Source: Podarcis tiliguerta
Taxonomy: Eukaryota
DNA length: 64,000 nt
Direction: 5' to 3' (one strand)
NCBI GenBank assembly: GCA_965153285.1
Contig: OZ229125.1
In this document: positions 11,031 to 23,356 of the stretch, piece by piece
Layout: each line of letters opens with the position of its first letter
Numbering within the stretch: the stretch's first letter is position 1
Notes under the pieces: model-generated
Seen by the model: the letters and a program-made list of their open reading frames with translations, nothing else
The model's database searches: none
Told to the model about the DNA's origin: nothing
Program-made: the position numbers and the translations under genes

Positions 11031-12347
11031 ATAAGGATAAAGTCCCAAGAATGCATTTCAGAACTTACGTTTTTTCTTACTTACTCCATGGCCTGATTCA
11101 CATGTAACTCTAAAACTACAGTTTATCATTGCATGCAGAAGTTTCAGGGCTGCTCCCTCTCCACTCTTCCCCCCACAAACGCACCGTCTTTCTCAATTCT
11201 GGTTAATAAATATACCTGAATCCAGATAAGTAGTGGCTTCTGGCTTATTTCAACAACAGCTCATGGTTTATGACGCTGACTTGTTATCCTAAAATGCAAG
11301 CAAAATTACACAAGTAACCAAAAGTACGATCTCTCTGCTCAGATGCTTTAGAGGTGCATTTTATCGATGTTTAAAAGTCTTTGTGGAGTGTGTTTTTCAC
11401 ATTGGTCAATGCTCTGGCTTCTCGTGGGACAAAGGGTGGTATAAAATGAAATGAAGCCAGTGGGGGGGGGGTAGTGGTCAGAGTGTTGGGCCAGGACTTC
11501 AGCCTGGAAGCTTCTTGGTCAGACAGACAGTCTCTCAACCTGGCCCTACCTCACAGGGTTATTGTGAGCATAAAGGGGGAGTGAGGGAAGAGCCATGTAT
11601 GTCTCCTTGAGTTCTTTGGAGGAAATGGGCGGCGTCAGTGGCGGGCGGTAGAAATGTAATAATAAATGAAAATAAATAGAAGATTATTTCGACGATTTCA
11701 CATATACACAGATGAGGTCTCAGCTGGCATCATGGAGTCACGGAGGAGAGCTCAATGAAAGCAGAAGACCTGCCAGGTTATCAGGGGCTGCTGGGCAAGC
11801 TCATCCCCTCCAACAGTTATCCGATGAAAATAGGGATGACCTGTTCAATAATAATAATAATCAGGTTTTTTTAGGGACACTTGGAGTGTCTGCAAGCTGC
11901 CTTCTGGGGGGGGGGGCATCTTGGCTTCACCCCCCCCCCCAGCACTTCTGCATCTGACCTGCTCAAGATATTTTGCTTCCCGAGATGAAGAACGTCATGG
12001 TGCGTCAACTGTTATAGGCACAAAAGCTTACTAGACTGGCAGTTACTTCAACGCTGGCAAAGCGCCCACATCCTCCATCACACCTGAGGGCAGCAAACTC
12101 CCTTGGGGAGGGCAGAGAGCAGACTCTGGAGCTCACACAGCCTTGGCTGCTCTCTCCCCTTCAGCATCTGCCACCTGAGGCAGCCGCTTCACTCTGCCTT
12201 GAGAAGTCTAGTTGCTTGAAATGAAAACAAGGGTGACAACAGCCTTGGCTGCCAGTGTAACGCTTTGCTGCCTAGAGTGCCACACTGCCTCCCTGGCATC
12301 CTTTAGTGCCTCCTGGACAGCAGGGACATGGGCACAGACCCCGTAGT

Positions 12348-13209
12348 CAGTGCAGTCTTTACCCAGGGGTGCAAAGGGTGTGGGGCACCCAGGCGCCAAA
12401 TTCTGGGGGGCACCAGGCGCCCACTGCCGAAGCCACCTAAGCTCTTAACTATCTACCTGTTATGAAATAATAAATAATGCTGATCAAGCTAGAAAAACAA
12501 ATTACAGAAATGTACCGTATTTTTCGCTCTATAAGACGCACCAGACCACAAGACGCACCTAGTTTTTGGAGGAGGAAAACAAGAAAAAAAATATTCTGAA
12601 TCTCAGAAGCCAGAACAGCAAGAGGGATTGCTGCACAGTGAAAGCAGCGATCCCTCTTGCTGTTCTGGCTTCTGGGATAGCTGCACAGCCTGCATTCGCT
12701 CCATAAGACGCACACACATTTCCCCTTACTTTTTAGGAGGGAAAAAGTGAGTCTTATAGAGCAAAAAATACGGTATATCTACGGTTTCACTAAAGGACTT
12801 TCAACTTTGTGTGCTCATTTACCAAAGACACGCCACGCTTGTCATTCACAACGGCGCTGTGTATGCAAAATTAACTCTTACATCAAAATATTATGTTACG
12901 TGTTGTATTGAGCTGCTGTGCGGCAGTGGGGTCACCGGCACCTTTGACCTGACTGATGTTTCTCCTAAGTAGGTGCCTAAACAATACTTATAAGTTTATT
13001 AAGTGTGGTGGTGTTGTATACTTAAGTATAAGTGTATTGTAAATAAATAAGCAAATAAAAATGTTTGTTTCTTTTTCCTTTCGTAAACGAGAGATAAAGT
13101 GTGGTGTTTGACATAAGCATAATAAAAGTTAATTTGGGGGCTAAACTAAATTTGGGGGCGCTGGGCGGATCTTTGCACCCCGGCGGCACATATGCTAAAG
13201 ACAGCACTG
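12348..13209. mobile_element. hAT non-autonomous element with a nested MITE, just upstream of HPD
   Basis: TIRs CAGTGCAGTCTTTA / TAAAGACAGCACTG; 8-bp TSD CCCGTAGT (12340-12347) / CCCATAGT (13210-13217). Confidence 0.88.
12515..12773. mobile_element. Tc1/mariner-superfamily MITE nested in the hAT element
   Basis: TA TSD on both sides; TIRs CCGTATTTTTCGCTCTATAAGAC / GTCTTATAGAGCAAAAAATACGG. Confidence 0.9.
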
Positions 13210-13219
13210 CCCATAGTCC

Positions 13220-13510
13220 AGCCCCAAACTGCAGCTGCGTGAAAACGTTGCATTTTGACCCACACACTGACTTTGGAGTCACTTGGTCCCCTGCCTTTTC
13301 TCTTGGGTCACAGATAATGCTTGCGAGAAAGACAGTGTATATCTGGGGTTAAAGTGTTTAAAATTTCCATCTGGAGTAGGAGGAGTGAGGGTGGAGCTCA
13401 TCCTCCCATGTTTGCTTTATTAAACGTTTCGGATACTGCCCCTCTCCCCGTCTCTCTCTCCCTTTCTGTCTCTCTTGGTGACATCGCTTTGCTGCCACAG
13501 AGAAGAAAAA
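13220..13510 (+). promoter_or_regulatory. Probable HPD proximal promoter and 5' UTR
   Basis: Directly upstream of the ATG exon; HNF4/DR1-like TGACTTTGGAGTCA near 13268; AT-rich TTTATTAAA near 13416; motif calls are weak. Confidence 0.45.
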
Positions 13511-13513
13511 ATG
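13511..13513 (+). CDS. HPD: HPD coding exon 1 (ATG only)
   Basis: AAAA ATG|gtgagg; the next exon begins at codon 2 in phase 0, as in mammalian HPD. Confidence 0.75.
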
Positions 13514-13930
13514 GTGAGGCTTCATAGCTCTTAATCAAATTATACATATATATTGTTGCTGTCACTCTGAATGATAACAAGAGATGTTTCTGACCCTGTG
13601 AAATTCGTAAACACTTCTTAGTTCACATTTGGACTGTCCTGCAAACATCTAAATCGGTGCATGAAAACTTTGTTCTTGAAACAACCAAGCAATTTCTTGG
13701 AGTGAGTGAATATGTTGTGAACACCTAATTTGTGCAGACAGTTAGACATGGGTTTATATTTTTATTTTGGTTTCATCCCTCTAGTATTGGTGTTGGTGTC
13801 TGATGTATTTTAAAAACTCTCATGACTTGCATAGAGCCTTAGTTTTGAGGTGGGTTTTTTAAAACTTCTGGAGTAACTTTTTGCAAACTTAATGTCTCTG
13901 TTTTATTCTGTTTTGATCCTTAACCACTAG

Positions 13931-13957
13931 ACGACTTACTTGGATAAAGGGCTGAAG
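13931..13957 (+). CDS. HPD: HPD exon 2 (27-nt microexon)
   Basis: ctag|TTYLDKGLK|gtaaga; human has TTYSDKGAK. Confidence 0.92.
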
Positions 13958-14935
13958 GTAAGATCACAATGCAGTCAAATATCCCTGCGCTCACCCCACC
14001 CCAATTATGGTCTATGGTGTCAATGGCATTTTGGATTAATGTCTTAGGGCATAAGCTGGCAAGAAGGACCACTGCAAAAGCCTTCTTGAAATGAATATTC
14101 TCTTGTTGCATAGAAGAACTGGGCTGTGCATTTGGCAAATACACGATAAACCTGAAAGCATCGTACAAAAGCCACATTCTTACATTCTACAAGATGCAAT
14201 CGTTTTGTATTTTAACTGAATGATTGTAATTCTTAAAGCAGAAGTGTGTGAGTCTCATAGACTCACACATTACTTAAGGGAAACCTGGGTTAGCCACCAA
14301 GTGTACTCTCATTCCAGGTCAATCCCAGGTGCCTGTCATGGGTGCATGTGTGATACAGGGGTTTGCAAACAACATGTTCACCCTTTTGGGGTGTCCATGT
14401 ACTAAATATGCACCAATTTCTAGTCTAATATTTTTTGATATTTCATAATATTGTGATAGCTGAAAAAAGTGGTGTATTTAAGAAACAAAAGCTCCCCCAT
14501 CTCAGCTAAAAAATAAAACAAAGCAATGAGGGCACAGTTCAGCCAACATTAAGCAATTTTCACCCTCATTAAAATGAGAGGGCGGTTAATTTTGGCTAGT
14601 TGGTGCCTTATGTTCTCAATCGATTAAGAAAAAGTGGTACATTTGCTAATTACTGTGTTTGCCTGGTCCATTTGCCCAAGGCTATGATCCTAAGCTACTA
14701 GAAGGGAGTTCCCATTGAACCCAATAGGACCTGCTTCCAAAATAAACCTCATTGTCCCCCACAGAGGGTAGCTGTGTTAGTTTGTGTCCCAGCAAAAACA
14801 TTAAAGGATCTTTGCCTCTACCATCCGAGTTCCGATCCTGCCTCACCTGGCTCTGTTGAGAGGGCTTTGAATGATCCTGCCTGCAGTGGCACAGCATGGG
14901 GGGGGGCACAGGGGGGTTGCCAGTGTGGTGTAGTG

Positions 14936-15195
14936 AGAGCCAGTGTGGTGTAGTGGTTAAGAGCGGTGGACTCGTAATCTGGGTAACCGGGTTCGCGTCT
15001 CCGCTCCTCCACCTGCAGCTGCTGGGTGACCTTGGGCCAGTCACACTTCTCTGAAGTCTCTCAGCCCCACTCACCTCACAGAGGGATTGTTGTGGGGGAG
15101 GAAGGGAAAGGAAAGGAGAATGTTAGCCGCTTTGAGACTCCTTCGGGTAGTGATAAAGTGGGATATCAAATCCAAACTCTTCTTCTTCTTCTTCT
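14936..15195 (+). mobile_element. tRNA-derived SINE (Squam3-like) with (CTT)n tail, HPD intron 2
   Basis: A-box TGGTGTAGTGG, B-box-like GGTTCGCGTCT, (CTT)n tail; near-identical copy at 28584-28838. Confidence 0.85.
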
Positions 15196-15489
15196 TAAGG
15201 GTGCAAAATTTCAACACCTGGGCTCTGTTGAAAATGGCTTCTCTTTGCAAATCAGGAAGTTACCTCTATGGACAACGGAACGATTCTTCTTTTCTTCTCT
15301 CTACAGCTGCAATCTCCTGGGGGATGTGGGTGCTAATAGGCAGTTGAATCCGCATGCGTACTCCGTCCATTTCACTCTCTCCCACCCCCACCCCTGCAAG
15401 GCCCCGGGGGCTGGCACCCTATGCTACGCTACTGCCTGCCTGTGTTGGGGATACTGGGCTGCTCTGCCTCTGAGTGTGTCACATAATAA

Positions 15490-15645
<156 letters not shown>

Positions 15646-17590
15646 TGAGAGAAGAAACCATTGTGGCTCAGATTTCGGAGCAGACTTACCTGATTTGCAG
15701 TGCCCCAAACAAGATGCTTACTGTGGCAAAACTTTGAAATGTTCGCTTCTCTGAATTTTGTGGTGTCTACAAAATGTGAACATTTGGGGAATGTGTTATA
15801 AGAATGCAGGTGTTTAGTGCAAACCATGTAGGAACGTGCATTGTATGGGGGTCAAATTGCTTGCAAAAAGGAGAAGGGCCTCCTGAAATGTGGCAGGTTT
15901 CCATGAGGATTATAAAACCATATCTCACATGTGAGATATGGCAAGAGGAAAAGGCTGGGAAAATGAGACAGAGGGGGAAGCCAGACTTGACAGAGTCCGT
16001 CCTCTTAATGTTGTTGGCTTTGCTGCTGTTGCACCCTTGTCCCCTTCCCAGGCACCTCACTGGGGCATCTGGTGGCCTCTGCGAGAACAGTGTGCTGGAC
16101 TGCATGGGCCCCCTTTGGCCAGATCCAGCTGCAAATCTCTTCCTGCATTTGTTTGCAATACGGAGGGCTGTGGAGGGGATGTGCTTCAGGCTGTTGCGCT
16201 ATTGGATGCCGGAGACGGGGTGGAGACCCATCTGAAAGGCCGGGTGGGAGTGGGGCAGATTTCCTGGGTAAGCTGCATTCAATTAATGGCTTGTGCCTTG
16301 CTGGCTGTGGGGGATGGGGCATTGCACTCCCAGGAATGTGGAGCTGGAATGGTCTTTGGACTAGCCTGATGCAACCGAGAGAGGGGAGAGGGGAGCCAGA
16401 TTCTTTGCTTGGTTGGCGGGGTTAGGGAGGTGCTGAGCCAAACACACACCGAGGGCTCACCCAAACCCTGGCTGAATGCCCACATTTCCCCATTCTGAAT
16501 TGTGCACTGTAGCCCCCTGTGCTTCCACACCTCCCTGGTTTGTTTGCTGCCACCACATATCTTTCTGCAAGGACCACAGGGCTTCTGCAGCCAATCCTCA
16601 CCCCTCCATGTGGCTGTTGGCATCCGTCTGTCTTGAGAGACAGTGGAGCGCAGCTCCTGGGATGAAGTCAAACTGCTGTGCTAGCAGCACCAAAGTGACT
16701 TCCCTGAGGCATAAGCCTGGGCAGTGTGTCTGGAGGTCCTGGGCTGCCCAGACAACATTAACCTTGCTGATGTGGTCCAAAGAAAAGGGAAGCAATATGT
16801 TTGACACTGGCTTGGCGGCCGGAATTGCCAGAAAGAGTCATACAAGATGTCATCCAACCACCTTAGGAACTCCGCTCCACATTTGTGGAGGGGTTAGCCC
16901 TGAGCCTTTTCTTCTGGCAAAGATATCCAGGCACCAGGCATCAGAGGTTTAGGATCAGGGTTTTGCTTCTCCTGGATGGGCTACCTTCCCAGGTTGATGA
17001 GGCCCATCAACCTCACCTTTCCTCCAACAAACTGAAAGTGATGTCCCCCACCCGCCATTTTGTTTCTTAATGATGTCATTTGCAAGCTGTAATTCAATGG
17101 AAGATGGCCCCAGAGTGGTCTATTGAAGCTATACCAAAAGAAGAAGTCAGGATCTGTTCTGAGGCTTGAAGTCTGGTATGATGCGGCGCAAAAAGGGGAA
17201 AGGGGTGAGGCAGCTCCCTAAGGGCTTTTAGCCTCCTAGGCAAGGCTGAGGGGAAGAGTGGGGATTTGAACCTTGGTCCAAACCCAATATTCTGTCACAC
17301 CGGTTCTTGCCAAGTGTCATGCCAAGATTTAAAACATCACACCAGTAGGATAAACAGGTAACGCTGTACTCAATGTTGCACTGAGCAGTTCATTGCGCAG
17401 CGCAAGGGTTTCTCCTTGTGCAACAGAACCATCTCCCCTCTGTGTCCCCCATCTGATCTGGGGGTTTCCCCTCCCTGCAGAGTGGATTTGATGGCGTAAG
17501 ATGTCCGGGGTGGGGGGGGAAGCTACCATGGCAACAATTTAGCTGGTTATGGCCCATAGTCTTAATACGTGTCTGGTGACTTACTGATAA

Positions 17591-17842
<252 letters not shown>

Positions 17843-18240
17843 TGACCTTTTTTAAAAAAAAGAAAATTTCCTGCGGAGGTAGAAGGTGTGAGAGCAAGCT
17901 TGCAAAACCAGTCCCTTTGTCTAGGCAACAGTTGTAGCTGACAACTAGTACCATGATCCACATGCCAAAGGGATAAGCTGAGCTGCAAGGGCTACAACTA
18001 AGTGATATTTCCCTCTGGGCAAATGAGTGGGTCTCCCTCTCCCCCCCCCCCGCCAGCTGCCAGGGGAAGGGAGCAATAGGCATTGCTGGGCAGAGGGCCT
18101 GCTGAAAAGCTGGAGACAGAGACATGCTTGCTCTGCGCTAAATCCAAGCTGTGACTCAAAGGATAAGCAAGATCTCCTGGGGTGTTCATGCTGTGAGCCC
18201 CTTCATCCTATGTTCAGAGTTATATATGTGTGTAGATAAA

Positions 18241-18547
18241 AGGTAAAGGGACCCCTGACCATTAGGTCCAGTCATGGACGACTCTGGGGTTGCGGCGCTC
18301 ATCTCGCTTTATTGGCCGAGGGAGCCAGTGTGCAGCTTCCGGGTCATGTGGCCAGCATGACTAAGCTGCTTCTGGCGAACCAGAGCAGCGCACGGAAACG
18401 CCGTTTACCTTCCTGCCAGAGCAGTACCTATTTATCTACTTGCACTTTGACGTGCTCTCGAACTGCTAGGTTGGCAGGAGCGCTGACCTTCTGATCGGCA
18501 AACCCTAGGCTCTGTGGTTTAACCCACAGCACCACCTGTGTCCCTTG
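18241..18547 (-). mobile_element. Sauria SINE with internal deletion, 15-bp TSD
   Basis: TSD ATGTGTGTAGATAAA at 18226-18240 and 18548-18562. Confidence 0.9.
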
Positions 18548-18930
18548 ATGTGTGTAGATAAACCATCTATAAACCATATATTCTAAAGACCCTGACTCCA
18601 AGTAAATTGAACCCTTGAACTCTCTTAGCCTTTGGAGAGTTGGGCTGGTGTGAAACAGTATTGTGAATAGGGGAGGGGGACCCACGACTGTCTTGGGTCT
18701 AGCAAAGAGAGACCAACTCTCTAATCCAGCCTTTTGCCAACGTGGTGCCCTCCGGATGTTATGGAATATTCCTGTTTTTAGCTTCCTGTTGGTTGTCTCA
18801 ATGATCTTGGATATCAACATTTTAAATGAATGCCGATGTCAGCACTTCAGCCTTTGACTCATCACTTAACCTTGTCATAAAGAAAACGAATGCTTGTAGT
18901 TATCCTGATTATTATTCTGATTACCAACAG

Positions 18931-18973
18931 ATCATATTTATCTTCTCCTCGGCTCTCAACCCTGGAAATCAAG
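18931..18973 (+). CDS. HPD: HPD exon 5
   Basis: cag|IIFIFSSALNPGNQ+G|gtaatt; 43 nt. Confidence 0.95.
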
Positions 18974-20059
18974 GTAATTCAAGAGTTGGTTCTGTTGTAA
19001 CTTTTCTTACCAAATGAGTTCCTTTTGAAACCCTGGGGGTTCTGTGTCCAGCTCCGGGGGCCACATTTTGAGACAGGCGTTGGCTCCACGCATGCCAGGT
19101 GTAGGGCAAACAGGATTGGGGGGTGGGCGGTTCTGGACTCTCAGTAAGGAATGCATTAAATTGCTGGATGTGCTTTAGCCTGGAGGAGAGCAGTTTAAGG
19201 GGAGACGTGAAAGTGGTCTTCAAATATCAGAAGGGTTGTTGCATAAAAGGTGGAACAGAGGTCTGCCAAAGGGGGAGCTGGCAGACTCCCCTCCGCAGCA
19301 CTATTTAAGCCAAGGCTGGGCAGCCGTTTGAAAGGGGCTGCTGGTGGCTTGTGTCTTGCATTGCAGATTCTGCTCTGAGCATGGGTGGTGGGGCTCAATG
19401 ACCTCCCAGGGTCTCTTTCAATGCAGTTCACTGGTTTATTTTGCTGTGCTTCAAGTTAATTTATATCCCAGTGTTACATAGATCATCTCGTTGTGCCCAG
19501 GTGTGCCATCTAGGGGAGCTGGGTGGCCGAGGGCTCACCCAAATTTTCAAGGGGTAGGTTGTGCCCCTTCAAAATTCAGTGACCCTGCGCACTGAAAGCT
19601 CTCTGATGGTCTCTGCCAGGGGTGTGGCAAGGCAAAGCATCTTCACCCTGGTGTGTCCTTTTGAGAATCACCCAGGCCCCTTCCCAGAAGACACCAAAAC
19701 AAGAGGCTGCATAAAAAAGTAGGGTGGGAGCAGAGGATGGCGGGCCAAGTTGCCATGTCTGGGGGGGGGGTGTATGTGTGATGTCACGCATGTGCGATGC
19801 CCTCCCTCCCGGCAGTGTTGGGCACAACTTGGTGCCTCTGTTCAGCCTGTAGTGTTGGCGCCTTTTGCTCCATGGAGCCATGGAAGGGGCCTGCATTGTG
19901 GTTCTTGGCCACAGTGGCTTTGTTCTCCCTCCACTGTTGGAGGCAGCACACCTTTGTTGGGAATCCCAAACGGGGAATCGTCTGCTGTGCTCATGTCCTG
20001 CCTTCAGGCTTCTTGTAGGCATCTTGGTTGGCCGTTGTGAGAACAGGATGCTGCACTAG

Positions 20060-20740
20060 AGGAGTTATTGGGACTAAAAGAAACTTGCAGACAGGACAGG
20101 GAGAAGAGTTAAGAGCCTCGGATAGAAGAGCACCAGGTTGATGAACTATACGGAACTGATAGAAAAGACTGACAAAATCCGAGACCAGGGAGAAGAGACG
20201 GTGGAAGAAGATTGGAAATTTTTAAAATATTATTTAGAGTAATATAGCATAATTAAGGAATGTTGGGAGATGGTGGAATGAACTTATATGACTTTAGTAG
20301 AAATATGATAAGGATTTAAGATTTTAGGATTTAAGATTTAAGGTTTTTTTAGATTGAAGTATAGATAAATTTTAAGATTTTGATGGGAAGATAAGGTTAA
20401 AATAGATTAAGATAATTAAACGATAGTAAGCAATGAAAGATGGAAAAGATTAGCTGACTTAATTATTAACTGGAATACAAAAAAGGGAGGTGGGGGAGGT
20501 CGAGGAAATAAGTCATTGAAGGATAGAGATGTGAAAAATGGATGTGTTTTTAAATGTTTATGTTTTTTCTCTAGTTGGGTGGAGGTATTGTTTTCTTTTT
20601 TGCTTTTCTTTTTGATGTATTTCTTAATTTTTTATTTTTCCCCCTCTTTTTTATATATATATATTGTGTTTTTTCATTTTTTATTTTTTTCCTGTAATTA
20701 TAAAACTTTTAATAAATATCATTTTTAAAAATATATATAT
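20060..20740 (+). mobile_element. L1-like LINE 3' end inserted into an older CR1-type 3' fragment
   Basis: A/G-rich ORF end, T-rich 3' UTR, AATAAA and AT tail; flanks gagaacaggatgctgcactaga / attggcctgatccag join into one repeat similar to those near 30055-30115 and 48650-48720. Confidence 0.6.
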
Positions 20741-21053
20741 ATTGGCCTGATCCAGTGGCTAGGCCCTTCTCATGTTCCATGTTCTTCACAACCCATCAGT
20801 GGTGCCATAGGTGCCCTCTCGCACCGGATAATGTGGGTGCCCGCAACGAAGGGCTTCGACTTCACCCATGGACTTTGGAGTGGCTCAGCCCCCAAATATA
20901 TTGTTGTGGGAGCTGAAGCACCCACGGCTCCCTAGAGTGAGCTCCAGTGAGAGGTGCTTTAATATCATAAGGACTGATCCAGCCAAAGGGATACCCTGTC
21001 CAGCCCCCAGTTTCTCTTCACGGCCAACCAGATGCCTCTGGGAAGCCCTCAAG

Positions 21054-21388
21054 CACGGCCGTCTTTCCCATAGGGCTTAGTGGTGCATCGTGCCAGGGCG
21101 CCAGCCTCTCAGGGGCACCCCAGCAAGTGGGGGAGCTGCGTGGCTTTGCCGGTGGCCTCCCCTTTCCCTGCATGCCCGCCAGCTGCACCCCGCCAACCAT
21201 ATGGCTGGCGGGCGTGCAGCTTGTCTCCCAAGCCTCCGCGAGGATTGCTCTCCTGCAGCGGCATGGGGGAGAGTTGCGCCCCCCGATGGCTGGCAGTGCG
21301 CAGCTTCAGCCCACCCCCATCTGTGGTAATTTGGGGGTGCTGGGCGGATATTTGCACCCCGGCGCCACATCTGCTAAAGACAGCCCTG
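21054..21388. mobile_element. hAT MITE, perfect TSD
   Basis: TSD CCCTCAAG at 21046-21053 and 21389-21396; right end resembles that of the 12348-13209 element. Confidence 0.88.
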
Positions 21389-21689
21389 CCCTCAAGCAGC
21401 CTGGCATGGTGGCTGTGGGCCTCTCCCTCCTGTTTTCTTTCTGCGTTCTCTGATGGGCCTTGACGGCTGGATTCAGGGTCACCACGTCTGCCAGTTCCTC
21501 AGCTGGAGTTTTTACCAGGGTTATATGCAGCCCCTTGGCAGGACTTCAAATGCAGGTTTCTCCTTGTCTCAGGGGAGAGATGGAGGCTCCTTTGCTCTTA
21601 AAGGACAATGCAGTTAATTCACTAGCACAGGTAATTCGCTGTGCCTGACTAAGACACAGCTGGCGTGCAATGTTCTAAGGTACACCGCC

Positions 21690-21983
21690 CAGTGGCGTAG
21701 GGTGGGGGGTGCAGGGGGGGCCAGCCGCACCGGGCGCAACATCTGGGGGGGCGCACTCACACTCGCAGCTCTCTGCCCCTACCTGGCTCACTCACTCTCT
21801 CTCACTGCAGTGCTGGCTGTGCGAATCTGATCCGAGCTGCCGGGTCGCCGCCCACTGTGGAGGTGGGGGGGGGGGGTGCCAGGCGTGCGGTGCGGTGCGG
21901 AGAGAGAGCGAGGGACAATCTGGGTTAGGGGGCACAAATTACTTGCCTTGCCCCGGGTGCTGACAACCCACGCTACGCCACTG
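21690..21983 (+). mobile_element. Young GC-rich hAT MITE, copy A (HPD intron 5)
   Basis: TIRs CAGTGGCGTAG / CTACGCCACTG; TSD ACACCGCC at 21682-21689 and 21984-21991. Confidence 0.92.
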
Positions 21984-22034
21984 ACACCGCCTCTGACTAT
22001 AGAGGTTTCATCTTTTTTGGCCAATAGCAGTTGA

Positions 22035-22184
<150 letters not shown>

Positions 22185-22221
22185 TGAGGAGGGTCTCTGT
22201 GTGACTTGAGAGGCTTGCTAG

Positions 22222-22371
<150 letters not shown>

Positions 22372-22563
22372 TAAGAGGCTTTCACCTATAAACTGCATTT
22401 GGACAGACTCAGAAAATGATAATACTAATAGGCAGTTGTTGTTAGACAGTGGAACGGACTGGACTCTCCTTCCTTGGAGGTTTCTTAAGCAGAGGTTAAA
22501 TGGTCATCTGTCAGGGATACATTACAGGGGGTCGGACTAAACTCTGCGACAGTGAATAATAAA

Positions 22564-22898
22564 CAGTGGCGTAGCGTGGGTTGTCAGCACCCGGGGCAAG
22601 GCAAGTAATTTGCGCCCCCTAACCCGGGGCAAGGCAAGTAATTTGCGCCCCCCCCCCGCTGCACTGTCCCTCCCCCAGATAGTCCCTCGCTCTCTCTCCG
22701 CACCGCACTGCACGCCTGGCACCCTCCCCTCCAGTGGGCGGCGACCCGGCGGCTCGGATCGGATTCGCACAGCCAGCACTGCAGTGAGAGAGAGTGAGTG
22801 AGCCAGGTAGGGGCAGAGAGCTGCGAGTGCGAGCGCCCCCCCCAGATGTTGCGCCCGGTGCTGCCGGCCCCCTCTGCACCCCCCACGCTACGCCACTG
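22564..22898 (-). mobile_element. Same hAT MITE family, copy B, inverted relative to A (HPD intron 7)
   Basis: Reverse-complement match to copy A; TSD ATAATAAA / TTAATAAA; internal tandem duplication of about 33 bp. Confidence 0.92.
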
Positions 22899-23079
22899 TT
22901 AATAAATAAATAGGATTTATGTAGCATGTTTTCTAGGCACTTTGTTTTTATTTTATCAAAAACCCTTAAAACAAGCCTATCTTCTTAGCCTCATGTTTCT
23001 GAACTGGAGACTGAGAGAAATTACTAGACTTCTTCAGCCTCAAGAAGAAGCTGTGCAGTTAGCCAAAGGTAGTGATTAA

Positions 23080-23349
23080 TGTATAGAGTCAGAGGTCCTG
23101 TTTGCCATTGAAATACACTTGGAGTTCTGTAGTGACTTCATGCTCTTTATTGCAGCTTGTAAAACAGTGATTGAATTCCCCCAAAACCTCAGGCCTTTAT
23201 AGATATTATTTACACAATGAGTCCCGTCTGATTGGCTGATTCTGCTTCCCTCCTGGAGCCTGATTGGTCTTTTCCTGCAGGCTAATCAGTTGTTGCATTC
23301 TAGGATCCTACTTGCCTATTGTTCTAGGATCCAAGCTTAGTACATAACA
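23080..23349 (-). mobile_element. Possible solo LTR
   Basis: Minus strand starts TGTTATGTA, has CCAAT boxes, TATAAA, AATAAA and ends in CA; no TSD recognised. Confidence 0.45.
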
Positions 23350-23356
23350 CCATATA

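Larger units (their letters stand above)
9871..11840 (-). pseudogene. Unprocessed (intron-containing) pseudogene of an NDUFA4/COXFA4-family cytochrome c oxidase subunit
   Basis: Exon 3 at 10429-10489 reads WDKKSNPEPWNKL*PNDQYK|gtatgg; exon 4 at 9882-9939 reads tttcag|FCVVNADYDKLKK(+1)EHPDI*; degenerate exon 2 at 11774-11840 reads cag|VIPIFIG*...; compare the NDUFA4 C-terminal half WDR(K)NNPEPWNKLGPNDQYK/FYSVNVDYSKLKKERPDF. Confidence 0.88.

Noticed and set aside
12028-12072. ATG...|GTAAGC candidate exon 1 of the NDUFA4-like gene
   Set aside because: No similarity to the KKHP-type N-terminus, wrong phase and an internal stop
14936-15010. tRNA gene
   Set aside because: The A/B boxes are the head of a multi-copy SINE with body and tail; no complete cloverleaf recognised
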